From Chrysomallon squamiferum (taxonomy: Eukaryota > Animalia > Mollusca): a DNA stretch of 64,000 nt. Location of the stretch: positions 25,482,001 to 25,546,000 of the forward strand of contig CM022673.1 in the NCBI GenBank assembly GCA_012295275.1, in the 5' to 3' direction. Position numbers and translations under genes: made by a program. A model generated the notes under the pieces. The model saw only the letters and a program-made list of their open reading frames with translations, searched no databases and was not told the origin of the DNA. The number at the start of each line of letters is the position of its first letter. Positions within the stretch are counted from its first letter, which is position 1. Below, one piece after another: positions 27,140 to 40,547 of this stretch.

Positions 27140-28165
27140 CTGCAAAACAGAAATGCTTAGAAAGAGAACACGACGCTGAAATACAACAAAAAAAAAAAAA
27201 AAAAAAAAAAAAAAAACACACACAAGCCAATCAGCTCATAATTTATGAAATAAAAGAAATGAAAGTAATATAAATGATTGATTAACCTGTAGAGCTCCGA
27301 TCCAGGCACTCACACTTGTTTCAGACAACATGCAGCTAATAGGAGGACACAGTGCGAAAAAAAAGTAAAAAAAAAAATAAAAAAAAAAAAAAAAAATAAA
27401 AATAATAATCTTCAGGCTAGTTCAGTTTTAGAATAATAGGGAGCACCGGTTTCGGTGATTGAGTTGACCTCGTAGTCAAGGGTCAGGGGTCAGAGGTCAG
27501 AGTTAGATTTCCTGTCGTACAGTTTGGTAGGCTATTGTTGTCACAATTAACCCGTATTAGACATTCCAGTTGTGTGCTGGCATCTACCACGCACACTTCG
27601 TTGCTGCTGCCTGTGATAGCCTGCAACTACCACCACAGACTAATGATATTTATGATCAGGCAGGGTAATTAGCGACTACTACTACTACTACTACACCAGC
27701 AGGCAAACTACATAGCTGAGGGAGGCTGTTAACTGATAGTTCAAGTGAGATAATTTCATTACTCAGCCTCTTCATAATGAATGAAGTTCGGCTGAAGCAC
27801 CCACCTACACAGACTGAGTTATTCAAATACACGAATACTGTGTTTTGTCCTCAGTTAAAACTAAATGTACATCACTTATTCGTTAGTAGAAAATCTCTCT
27901 GGCTAGTTATTAATATACAGTACAGAGTTTATTTATAACAAGAAAAAAGTGTAATATATACAAATTAAGTTAAATATATCTTCATGATTAAACAAATGAT
28001 GCTTTAATTAAAAAAAAAAAATAAATAAATTAATTAAATAATTAAAAAAAAATTCTTTTTTCAAAGCTTTTAGATTAAAGATTCCAATATTGAATTATTT
28101 ACTCATGTGTTTATATTAGTGTGTATATAATCTCTCTTTTTATCAACTTCATGCCCAGACATATG

Positions 28166-28391
28166 CACACACACAAACACATATGCACACACACACACAC
28201 GCACGCACAAACACACACACAAACACACTAACACACAAACACACACACAAACACACAAACACACACACACACTAACACACAAACACACACACAAACACAC
28301 AAACACACACACACACACAAACACACAAACACACACACACAACACACACACACACACACAAACAAACACAAACACACACACACACACACAC
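28166..28391. repeat. (CA)n/(CACAAA)n microsatellite
   Basis: Directly visible. Confidence 0.9.
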
Positions 28392-28939
28392 TATTAACTC
28401 TACACTTGTGACCTTGGTTGTTAAAATCATCGACACAGTTGTGCATTGTTTAAGCCGAAGTGACGAAGTGTGCGGTGCAAACTGTTAATCAAACAGCAGG
28501 TCACTGGGAAGCCTCACCAGCACGTCTGTCAGTGAGATTTGCTGTAGCAGTTGACGATGTTGTCACCACCACGGCTTGCTCAGTCAGTCACTGGGTTATT
28601 GCCACCCTACCCCATAGTGTCAGTATGTATAAAATATCCTGTTGGTAATTCCAAAGTTCAGCCCACACATACAAACTTATTATAAAAATGTGGATCATAT
28701 ATAACAATTATTTGTTATAGTATTTTCTTATATATTAATTATTTCAGCCAGAACATTAATTTTCTAAATTATTTTATGTGTGATATGAAAATATATAAAA
28801 CATATCAACAGGAATAGAACATATTATACACTGTTAGACAGGCCAAGAAAAATATTGGGTTTAATCTATCAAAAACACACTTCAAAAATGTTAAAAACAC
28901 AGTTCAAAAATGTTAAAAACACTCTACATGGTAAAACAT

Positions 28940-29640
28940 TAAACATATTGTGCCAAACATACACAGTGTGATACATTTTTAAAACCTGTTTGTTGTACAA
29001 GGTTAAACATATCATCTGTTACATCTGTGCTAAAAATACCAAATGATGAAGCATGTTTGTCATTATTAAATGATACAATACACTGTTAAACATGGTACAG
29101 TAACAGAAGATACAACATGAAACAGTGTTAAAAATCTCAGATGATAAAGTATGTTTATCGTATCAAGTGATACAATGGTGCTAAACATGATATATAGTAA
29201 AAGAAGATACAACATGAAACAATGTCAAAAATCTCAAATGATAATGCATGTTTATCAGATTAAGTTATACAGTACAAGTGTTAAACATTTAATTAACAAG
29301 TGGTACAACATGAAACACTGACAGAGATAACAAGGGATAAAGCACGTTTGTCATGTCTAACGAACCAATACAGTGTTAAACATGAAATGGTAAAAATAGC
29401 TACAACAGGAAACATTATTTGATCGAACATGTTCATGTCACAAAATAACTCAGATCTGGTACTATACCACAAGTTACCAATGAATAAAACATAACATCAG
29501 ATAGGATACAATGTGACTAAATGATTAAATATCACACAATGTTAAAACACCGAGTTATTCAAAATGATATGATGTTACTGAACATGATGAAACTTGAAAC
29601 ACTGTTACAAATGGTACAACATGACTGAAGATTTAACATA
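28940..29640. repeat. Old degenerate tandem repeat, ~97 bp unit
   Basis: agaagatacaacatgaaaca at 29105 and 29202, with related gtacaacatga/gttaaacat motifs throughout. Confidence 0.65.
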
Positions 29641-29738
29641 CCAAGTGATTCTTCCTGTTCAACAGTTGTATCCTCCATCTGTTGGGGATCTTTTAACCCA
29701 AGTTCTTCTGCCACTGAAAAACAAACAAAAAAAAAAAA

Positions 29739-29769
<31 letters not shown>

Positions 29770-30294
29770 TCACATTACTCTTAACTGATTGTCCAAAAAT
29801 ATATATATAAATAAAAGAAATCAACTAAAAGAAAAAAAAGAAGAAAAGAAGAAAATCAATACTATTAGTTTTAATTAAAATTAAAACTGCAACTTAGGAT
29901 GGAAAAAAAAACAAAAAAAACAACAACAGGAATTCCAGCTTTAGCTATGCAACTACATAAAACTAAAATGTGACTTACAAAAAGCAGCCAGAGTTTTAAC
30001 AGACATCTGACCTGTCATTCAGGGTGAAGTTCACAGTGATTTGAAAATAAAGCCTTGCCTGTGATTACTCCATTAAATGATGACACATTTTTAAAGTTAA
30101 TTTTGAAAATGGCAGCAGCCTTTAGCATCGGTTACACAGTGACAGATGTACACAGCGAGTTTAAACTTTTAATCTGTTCATTGTGTGTGTGTGTGTGTGT
30201 GTGTGAGAAAACAGAGATTTATCTGTTTCACAGCGTTATTAAATATTGTTGTGTTTTCCACTAGATTTAAACAAATACTTCACATATTATTGTG

Positions 30295-30336
<42 letters not shown>

Positions 30337-30578
30337 GGTACGTTATATGTAAATGCAATAATGTCTAATTTATATGAATGGATTGTTATTATTATTATTA
30401 TTATTAATGTCAGAACCAAAGACATCAGATTTGTAACTCTTCATTGTTGAATATTATTGTGTATGTAACAATTACAGTGTTAAATATTATTGTGATTGTA
30501 TACATGGATGTGTGCATATTTGCGATGTATATAAATATAAATATATATATGTATATAATTATATATGAGTTGTGTGTA

Positions 30579-30612
<34 letters not shown>

Positions 30613-32283
30613 TGTCTGCGTGTCTGTGTATCCAGGTGTACATCGTGAGAAAAACCTGCAGCATTAAGCCATCATCTGTCAGTTTTACATAACTACAGTT
30701 TAAATATTAATAAGAACAACACACACACACATACACACACATGCATACACACACACAGACACACAGATTAAAATACATAACTTCTGCAAAGCAAAAGCAT
30801 GAGACTGGAAACTACTGCAAACCATACAATAATTATTTTAAACACAGAGCCAGTTAATAAAAACACCTGTTCATAATTCACTGCATGTTATCCTGGCTTA
30901 GCTGATGAGCCTGGCATGCAGGCCCCATGCAGTAACATGCAGTGAATGAATTTAACCTTCAACAACATGACTGAGGGCGGTGAATCTAATCTGGTGGGTT
31001 GTCTATAACTGGAGACAGCGTTCTTAATGCAAAAACACAACAACAGCCTGATAACAAGGAGAAATATAATAAGTTGATAAATAATTTACAGGAAGAACAT
31101 TTCTGTTCTGTTCTGTGTTGTCAGACTGGTGTCCTGCCTATTTGTAATGCATGCATTTCTTGCACATTTTAAAACTGTGCACCAGGAAGTTTTCACATTT
31201 CTCCCAAATAATAAAATAATCCTGTATTTTAAATCAGTTGTTTTGTTGCATGAGCCAAATGGCTTTTTTGGGTGTGCCTGGCAAATGTGATGGGGACCTT
31301 AGACCAAAAAATGCCAAAAAAGGAATTTTCTATCTGTCTCTGTTGTATCCTTGTTTGATAGGGGCCCAAGAATTTGAGAATCAAGTCTAAAAAATCTGTG
31401 GCCAAAAGATGAAAAAAAAGAAAAAAAAAAAAAAGGTTTAAAATGGCTGTTTTAGGTTGCCTCCTTTGACAAAAACTCCAACAAGGACATCACACTTTCT
31501 TCTTAATCCAAAACACATTTATTATGACAATAGCATCTAGCTGATTTTATATTTAAAACAAATGCTGACCTTCAAAACAAAACAAAAAACAAGCATAATT
31601 TTAAGCCATTCTTACTGCTTCATCATTACCAAAATTTCAAAGAAAAATTGGCTATGAAATATTTAAAGAAAAAAAAAAAAAAAAATGAAGAAGAAGAAAC
31701 ATATGACAATATTTCAAACAGAAAAATATTCAAGGACCAAACAAAAAACTCCTCCAAAATCCAAAACAGTTTCAAGACTGATAAAAATTCAGAACATTGA
31801 CCAGGAATAAAACAATAACAGGCGTAACGTTAAAAAGAAATCTTACTGTTGAGCTGCGTAGCGTGTGACTGTGCTACAACACACTTACTTACTCTTCACA
31901 CACAGTCAGGTGTGTGCTGTGTGCAGGTTGACTGAAATCAAAGTAATAAACACACGGAATGGATGAGCCTGGACAGAAACAGGCTGATCTGTTCCCATGA
32001 TTAACATGGCAGGTTAAGGCCAGACATTTTATCTCTTACTCAACATTAGTAGTTTCAGCCCAAGATTAAAACCCCTTGTTCTGACCAGGTGTCTGGCTTA
32101 TCTTAAATACATTCTTAAATACAAATATATTCTTAAATGCAAGACTGAAGTAATTCTTTTTCTTGTTTATAACTGATTTTTGTGGTCCTTGTTTTGTAAA
32201 AGTCAGCTACAAGTGGTTTACATTGCATTGCTCGTTTTGTTTTCCGACCATAATGAGTATGTATTTGTTGTGAAAACTGTGTC

Positions 32284-32319
<36 letters not shown>

Positions 32320-33014
32320 AGAAGAGATCCACATGTTTTTTTTTTTTTAATCACCATGAAATGTAAGAATTCAATAAAAACACCGTATTAAATAAACTAA
32401 TAATATCAACATTATTACATAACTGTCATTACTGCTGCTATCAGAACGATCTCGTGCTGCCAGACTCAATATCTGACTGTACATTAGTGTTTTGCAGACT
32501 GCTAACAAAGAGTTATTAACTCCGGCAAAAATACATGTGGTGCAATCATTCTGTAATTTCAGCTGGAATCATCTGCTACATAATGAGACGGGATCATTAA
32601 CAGTCATTCACTGGACAGAAATCATTTCCTGCAAGGTCAGAAAAGACTTTTTCATCCAATTTGTGAATCTGTGACAGCGAGGCTGCAAAAGCAATAAACC
32701 AATAATTTCCTGTCCTGCTTCGCTGTCAGCGTTGGATGAAAGAATCCCAAGGAAAAAAACAAAAAAAAAAAAAAAAAATAACTACACAAAAAAATTATTA
32801 TTATTATAATCTTCATTTCACGAATGTCTTTAAGTTTTGTTTCTTTTTTTTTTCCTGGGCAAGATCAAATATCAGATTTTAAGAATATAGCAATGTTAAA
32901 ATTGGATGTTTCTTTCTGTTTATTTTTGAATTTAAGTTTACAGAAAGTAAATTACAGAAGTGTTGTCTCTAAAACTTTTCAAGTTTTAAAAGGTTACGTT
33001 TTTTTTTTTTGTTT

Positions 33015-33065
33015 TATTACTGCCTATGGGAAGGTTTTAAAGAAATATCCCTTGCTGCTAATAAT
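33015..33065 (+). mobile_element. Short fragment of same SINE-like repeat
   Basis: ctgcctatgggaaggttttaaagaaatatcccttgctgcta aligns by eye with 6562-6600. Confidence 0.4.
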
Positions 33066-33483
33066 TATTAATATTTTTTTTTTATTAATAACCATTAAGA
33101 TCTATTGAGAGCTCATTACAGAAAAAATTCTTTCATTCATTTAAATTTTTAAAATTATTTATTTATTTATTATTATTACTATTATTATTATTATTATTAT
33201 TATTACAGTTATTATTTTATTAAATTATTAGTAAGTTTCTAAAATTAAATGTTTTAAATAAAATTTAAATAAAATATATATAAACTATAAATTCAAAATT
33301 TTTTAAATATGCTTTAATTTAATAAAAGAAAATTTAAAATTGCAACTATTATAAACAATTTTTAAATATATCTATAATTTAACTTTGAAAAGATTATTTA
33401 AAATTTCAGACTGTGTATATAGTAAACAATTTGATAATAAAATATAAATTTATCTGTTGATAAAATTTAACTTTGTAGTCAAA

Positions 33484-33775
33484 ATCAGAACTGTGAGTAT
33501 GTGATCAGAACTGTGAGTATCTAGTAAAATATCAGACTGTGAGTATGTAGTAAAATATCAGAACTGTGAGTATATAGTAAAAAAAAACTGTGTGTATCAG
33601 AACTGTGAGTATGTAGTAAAATATCAGAACTGTATGTAGTAAAATATCAGAACTGTATGAGTAAAACATCAGAATATAGTAAAATATCAGAACTGTGAGT
33701 GTGCAGTCAAATATCAGAACTGTATGTAGTAAAATATCAGAACTGTGAGTATGTAGTAAAATATCAGAACTGTGT
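33484..33775. repeat. Minisatellite, ~27 bp unit (agtaaaatatcagaactgtgagtatgt); second cluster at 34342-34438
   Basis: Visible tandem copies with indel variants. Confidence 0.9.
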
Positions 33776-34437
33776 ATAACTGAATATGTAATAAAATATC
33801 AGAAAAGTGAATATACAACACAGTATCAGAACATTAAAAAAATTAAAATTGAAATGTTTAATGTACACCAAGATGGAAATAAGAAAAAGTCTTAATACAT
33901 GTTTCCAATTTAATCTTAATTTTTTACCCCAGAAAATAAAAAAAAAACTAAAAATAAATTTAAAATGAAAATAACTCATTATAGATTTATAAGAAAATCA
34001 CAGATGTACTTAAAATGGAGAAGAAGAATTAAAAAAAAAAGGAAAAAAGAAAAAAGAAAAAGAAGAGTGACAAAATTAAAAATAAAACTATAAATATTTA
34101 CATACACCTAGTAATGATAAAAAAAAAATAAAATAAAAATAACATAAAGTTATATTAACCAAATACTAATTAGGAAAAAAAAAAAAAAATAAGAAAAGAA
34201 AAGAAAAAAATATATATGATTATTATAAGACTTGTAATAAAAAATTAATGAATCTCAAACAGAAATTAAAAAAATTAAAACCATCAGCAGAAACAACCTC
34301 ATAGTAAAAGTCACAATTTAATATATATATATATATTTTACATCAGAACTGTGAGTATGTAGTAAAAATATCAGAACAGTGAGTACATAGTCAAATATCA
34401 GAACAATTGTAAGTAGTCAAATATCAGAACTCTATGT

Positions 34438-34472
<35 letters not shown>

Positions 34473-35719
34473 TCAGCAAGCTTATTATAAATTTCTAACA
34501 AGATGCTGAAGGAGTGAAAAACGTTGCAGCAAACTTGGGGCAGAGTCAGAAAAGAAAAGAAGTTATTAATCTTGACAGCACACTGTTGTGTTGTTTCGCC
34601 CATCTGTTTTCAATCCGGAGTTATTAACCTTTCTAATTTGGTCAGCGGGCCTGCAGGGATTACCTGCTGCATGATAACCAGCTTCATATTAATCTCCAAT
34701 AAAACGCCTCACTTGAGTAAACTCCTTATAATGAACGTCGAAAACACACTGCCAGTTTTATTTCCCCCCCCCCCTCATCATCATTGCCGTAATTACTGCA
34801 TTTCCTCCAGTAGTCTTGGCCTGCATTCCTTGCCAATTATCTTTTGACGATTTCGAAATATGTGCTTCAATTACCTCCAAAAGGAAATATGAAAGGATTC
34901 AATCTCGGAAGATAATATCCTGTTCAACTGGAGGGTTATGAAATGATTTCTGTCGGCCTTCGCCTAACACGTGTTGGCAAAAGTTATTTGCTTGTACACA
35001 TGCGGGCTAATTTCATTTGACACAAAAATAACAGAATTGTCAGAACGGGTATAAAATGTTGTTTTAACGTGTGACTGGGGTGAGATCTCCAGGAGTGTGT
35101 GCTTAACTGACAGAGAAAGAGAAAGAAAAAAAAAAAAAACACAGCTAGCAGCAGCAATGAGGGATGTCAGTAGAGAAATTTTTTTATTTAAGAAAAATAA
35201 TAATAATAATACGTTATGTTTGTAATCTGGTTTGAATTTGGTGAGAAAAATGGCTGTAATAGCAATGGTTGTAATAATAATGATGATGATTGTGAATATG
35301 TTTATGATGATGATGATGATGATGATGACAATTTGATGGACAATAATGATGAAGATAATGATAAAGATGTTCATGATGATAATGATGATTATGATGATTG
35401 TGATGATAAGAATAATTATTATTATTGCAAATATTTAATTTGCAAAAATAAGAATGTGGATTAAAATAATGTTAAAATTGAGGAACAAAATTTAATAAAC
35501 AAAATATGAAGATTTTAAAAAGAAGTATAAAAATAAAAAAATTTCAAAATTTATTAATACTGAAAATAAGAAAAAAGGAGAAACTAAAATAGATGGTGAA
35601 ATATATTAAATGAATAAATGAATGTCTGCTTTAGATTTTATTGTAGATGTCAGTATAGATATATATACATATATAAGTGTGTGTGATCAATGTTTATGAT
35701 ATCTAATGATATGACAGAT

Positions 35720-35912
35720 GAAAGTGGCATATTCACAGTTAGCAGCAATGGATCTTTTGATATAACGTGCCTTCTCACTAACAGGAAGACACAGACACCG
35801 ATAAATCAGAACCTAGACTCAGGCTGAAATGGAAAATATCACAAAGGGGTGCACTAAAACCAGACAGTCATCCTCTGAATTGTTTCAGGCGAGTGCTCTA
35901 ACCACTGAACAT
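35720..35912 (-). mobile_element. Decayed SINE-like repeat, same family
   Basis: ttagcagcaatggatcttttgatata...ttctcactaacaggaag; ends in gcgagtgctctaaccactga, which resembles the reverse complement of a tRNA-derived head. Confidence 0.5.
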
Positions 35913-36186
35913 CTTATAAAATAAATATAAATTTTAAAACACTGAGTCTGCCCATAAAACTCAATACCAAGTGAAATGATAATGTGAAAATGAGCTGAGA
36001 CATCAAACTTCATTCTGAAATGGAGACAGAGCGAGGTAGCTGTCAGACAGAGCTGATCACTGTTTATGTTGTTTTTTCACAGAGTTATAAAAATTAATGT
36101 CTGCCTCTCATGTGTGTGTAGCTTTGTCACTGAGCTGATATTGTGACATGTCACAGTACATGTTGCCATCTCCACTCAGTAATAAT

Positions 36187-38251
36187 AAAACAAACCTTTA
36201 CTGTAAACTTTAACCAGTTGTACATCATCACCACTAAACAAACCTTTACTGTAAAAATATAACCAGAGTTGTATATCACCACAAAACAAAGCTTTACTGT
36301 AAAAATATAACCAGTTGTATATCATCACTAAACAAACCTTTACTGTAAAATACAACCAATTCTATACGATCATCACTAAACAAACCTTTACTGTAAAATA
36401 CAACCAGAGTAGTATGTCATCACCACAAAACAAACCTTTACTGTAAAATATAACCAGAGTAGTATGTCATCACCACAAAACAAACCTTTACTGTAAAATA
36501 TAACCAGAGTAGTATATCATCACCACAAAACAAACCTTTACTGTAAAAATATATCTAGTTGTATATCATCACTAAACAAACCTTTACTGTAAAATATAAC
36601 CAGTTGTCATCACTAAACAAACCTTTACTGTAAAATATAACCAGAGTAGTATGTCATCACCACAAAACAAAGCTTTACTGTAAAATACAACCAGTTGTAT
36701 ATCATCACCACAAACCTTTACTGTAAAATATAACCAGAGTTGTATATCATCACTAAACAAACCTTTACTGTAAAAATATAACCAGTTGTGTATCATCACC
36801 ACAAAACAAACCTTTACTGTAACATATAACCAGTTGTACATCATCACAAAACAAACCTTTACTGTAAAATATAACCAGTTGTACATCATTACCAGTAAAC
36901 AAACCTTTAAAATATAACAAGTTGTACATCATCACCACTAAACAAACCTTTACTGTAAAATATAACCAGATGTATATCATCACCACAAAACAAACCTTTA
37001 CTGTAAAATATAACCAGTTGTATATCATCACCACAAAACAAACCTTTACTATAAAATATAACCAGATGTATATCATCACCACAAAACAAACCTTTACTAT
37101 AAAATATAACCAGAGTAGTATGTCATCACCACAAAACAAACCTTTACTGTAAAATATAACCAGAGTTGTATGTCATCACCACTAAACAAACCTTTACTAT
37201 AAAATATAACCAGAGTAGTATGTCATCACCACTAAACAAACCTTTACTGTAAAATATAACCAGAGTTGTATATCATCACCACTAAACAAACCTTTACTAT
37301 AAAATATAACCAGAGTAGTATGTCATCACCACTAAACAAACCTTTACTATAAAATATAACCAGAGTTGTATATCATCACCACTAAACAAACCTTTACTGT
37401 AAAATATAACCAGAGTTGTATGTCATCACCACTAAACAAACCTTTACTGTAAAATATAACCAGAGTAGTATGTCATCACCACTAAACAAACCTTTACTAT
37501 AAAATATAACCAGAGTAGTATGTCATCACCACTAAACAAACCTTTACTGTAAAATATAACCAGAGGTGTACATCATCACTAAACAAACCTTTACTGTAAA
37601 ATATAACCAGAGTTGTATATCATCACCACTAAACAAACCTTTACTGTAAAAATATAACCATTTGTGTATCATCACCACAAAACAAACCTTTACTGTAAAA
37701 TATAACCAGAGGTGTACATCATCACAAAACAAACCTTTACTGTAAAAATATAACCAGTTGTACATCATCACAAAACAAACCTTTACTGTAAAATATAACC
37801 AGTTGTACATCATTACCAGTAAACAAACCTTTAAAATATAACAAGTTGTACATCATCACCACTAAACAAACCTTTACTGTAAAATATAACCAGAGTTGTA
37901 TATCATCACCACAAAACAAACCTTTACTGTAAAATATAACCAGTTGTATATCATCACCACAAAACAAACCTTTACTATAAAATATAACCAGTTGTATATC
38001 ATCACCACAAAACAAACCTTTACTATAAAATATAACCAGAGTAGTATGTCATCACCACAAAACAAACCTTTACTGTAAAATATAACCAGAGGTGTACATC
38101 ATCACTAAACAAACCTTTACTGTAAAATATAACCAGAGTTGTATATCATCACTAAACAAACCTTTACTGTAAAAATATAACCAATTGTACATCATCACCA
38201 CAAAACAAACCTTTACTGTAAAAATATAACCAATTGTACATCATCACCACT
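36187..38251. repeat. Minisatellite, ~50 bp unit, about 40 copies
   Basis: Unit aaacaaacctttactgtaaaatataaccagagtagtatgtcatcaccact; period checked at 37141 and 37191. Confidence 0.95.
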
Positions 38252-38781
38252 GAATAATGAGTTGAAAAACCCCAGAAACATTCTAATTAAAATAGTAGGC
38301 CTATATTTACCTTATTTGTAGATTGTTTTCTCAACCCCTCTGTCATTAATACAGTACAGGTTTTCTCTATAACAGTGTTGTATGTTGTTCTCTCTCTTTT
38401 TAACACATTTTACAATATCTTGACATCCACGTTGTGTAAATCCTAATATTCTGCTTTTGTAGCAAACATTTTACAGCATTTCCCTCCCTTTTCTTTTCTT
38501 TTTTTAAATTCTGCTAATTTCCAGTCTCCTCACAATACTGGTACAATACGTATTTCACAATATGCCTGTAATATTTTACGAAACACTAATATATAAAATA
38601 ATCTTCAAGGTTGCATATTCAGATCCATCTGTCAATACAGCTTTTAAACAAACACACCTCATTCCACGAGTAATAGGTGTTAATTTGTCGTGACGTTTGT
38701 TTGTATTAAACCTTTTCAGAAAAGTCTAGACTGTGTTAGAAAGCAGATTTCAACATTAAAACAAACCTAAGGTTGCCGAGG

Positions 38782-38848
<67 letters not shown>

Positions 38849-39452
38849 TATAGATATAATAAGCTTCCAAACATAGAAAGATCTTTATGATGGGTTGATT
38901 TTTTTTATAAATTAATTTTCATTCATTATTTAGAATATTGAAATAAAGACTAAATGCTAGTGTGAAATGTTAAGAAAATAAACATGTATTTTTTTTGACA
39001 ACACAGTTGAAGTATAAACACAGTACCCTATTAAATTTTAAATACACATTTTTTTTACAACTGATTAAACAGAATTATAATCCACATCCTTATTTTTGCA
39101 AACTCGGTGTATGCAACAAAAAATTAATCTTGTTTTCTCAACAACGTTATTTTGCTGCTTTTCTGTTTAAAACATTTTGCGTGGTTAAAAAAGACAGCAG
39201 TGAATTTTCATGTAATGTAGTATGATTAAAGCAATAACATGAACATGTACTCCTATACCAGTTGTTCTATACTGACTGAGAATTTACTCCTGAGCTTACT
39301 ATAACAATGACATGGATTGATTTTTGTTTACCTTGACTAGTCAATTAATAGTTTTAATAATACGATTACGTTTCAGTTCAACAAAAAATTTAATTAAAAT
39401 TATAATGTGTACACTTGTAAAATTAATAGCTTCTTTGGTATTATTGAACTAA

Positions 39453-39490
<38 letters not shown>

Positions 39491-39753
39491 ATGTCTGTGT
39501 CTATTTATTTATTTATTTATTAATGTATGTTTGAATATGTGTTTCTCACTATATATATATACATTCATATACAATGTTATGTATAGGCATGTAATTAGAT
39601 GAAAGATTAACTGGAGTAATAAACTAACTTGAAGTTAATCAAACTGTGTGTATATCTGGGGTACAGTTTAGCCACCAAGATCAGAAACCTTTGTTATTTC
39701 ATAATTAAAATTCAGAATTAATGTCACCTGAACCTCAGTTCTACTCATATCCT

Positions 39754-40010
39754 CTGTCTGTGTGTGTGTGTGTCTGTGTGTGTGTGTGTGTGTGTCTGTG
39801 TGTGTGTATGTCTGTGTGTGTGTGTCTGTGTGTGTGTCTGTATGTCTGTGTGTATGTCTGTGTGTGTGTGTGTCTGTGTGTGTGTGTGTCTGTGTGTGTG
39901 TGTGTCTGTGTGTGTGTGTCTGTGTCTGTGTCTGTCTGTGTGTGTGTGTGTGTGTGTATGGATGTGGGAGTGAACTTGTGCATGTGTTTGTGTGTGTCTG
40001 TGTCTGTGAA
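39754..40010. repeat. (TG)n/(TCTGTG)n compound microsatellite
   Basis: Directly visible. Confidence 0.9.
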
Positions 40011-40117
40011 TTAACTTGTGTGTTTGTATATGTGTTACATGTTGATGTACATAAACTGATGTGTGTATGCGTGTGCATGTGTGTGTATTGTAAATGTTAA
40101 AATAAAAAGACACTCAC

Positions 40118-40168
40118 CAACATGCATCAAATCAATCCCGAGAGTGAGAGGACGTGTATTCTTTAGAT
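40118..40168 (-). CDS. Small exon of large-intron minus-strand gene (possibly eyes absent family); may be partly 5' UTR
   Basis: Minus-strand acceptor gtgtttttcag| and donor TTG|gtgagtg; 51 nt, phase 1-1. Open as (D)LKNTRPLTLGIDLMHV and joins the 27139 exon in frame. Confidence 0.6.
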
Positions 40169-40431
40169 CTGAAAAACACAGCACAGTTTAGTTTAACAAT
40201 CGCTTACTGACCAGATCTGTTTTAAAACACACATCTCTCAGTACAGTATCCATCATAATTAATTGGATTTCCCCCCAACAGTAATGTAGGAATAAAATTG
40301 ATGAAGCAATTAAAAGAGATTATTATTAATTTTTTAATTTAAAAAAAAAAAATGTATTGATTGTTGCTTTTTCAGTAACTGTGCTATTGTATTTGTAATA
40401 AAATTATTAAATTTATAAAATAATAATAAAA

Positions 40432-40432
40432 A

Positions 40433-40512
<80 letters not shown>

Positions 40513-40547
40513 TTATTACTAGTAGTAATAATAATAATAATAATAAT
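40432..40547. repeat. (ACT)n and (AAT)n trinucleotide microsatellite
   Basis: Directly visible. Confidence 0.9.

Noticed and set aside
26959-27273. + strand 104-aa ORF
   Set aside because: It is the antisense shadow of the minus-strand exon and ends in a poly-A-derived Lys run.
35216-35464. Asp-rich 82-aa ORF suggestive of an acidic shell-matrix protein
   Set aside because: It is produced by a (GAT/AAT)n low-complexity tract, with no signal peptide or splice support.
36584-38078. Several repetitive ORFs (YSKGLFCGDD, WLYFTVKVCF)
   Set aside because: These are frames of the 50-bp minisatellite; the unit length is not a multiple of three and indels are frequent.
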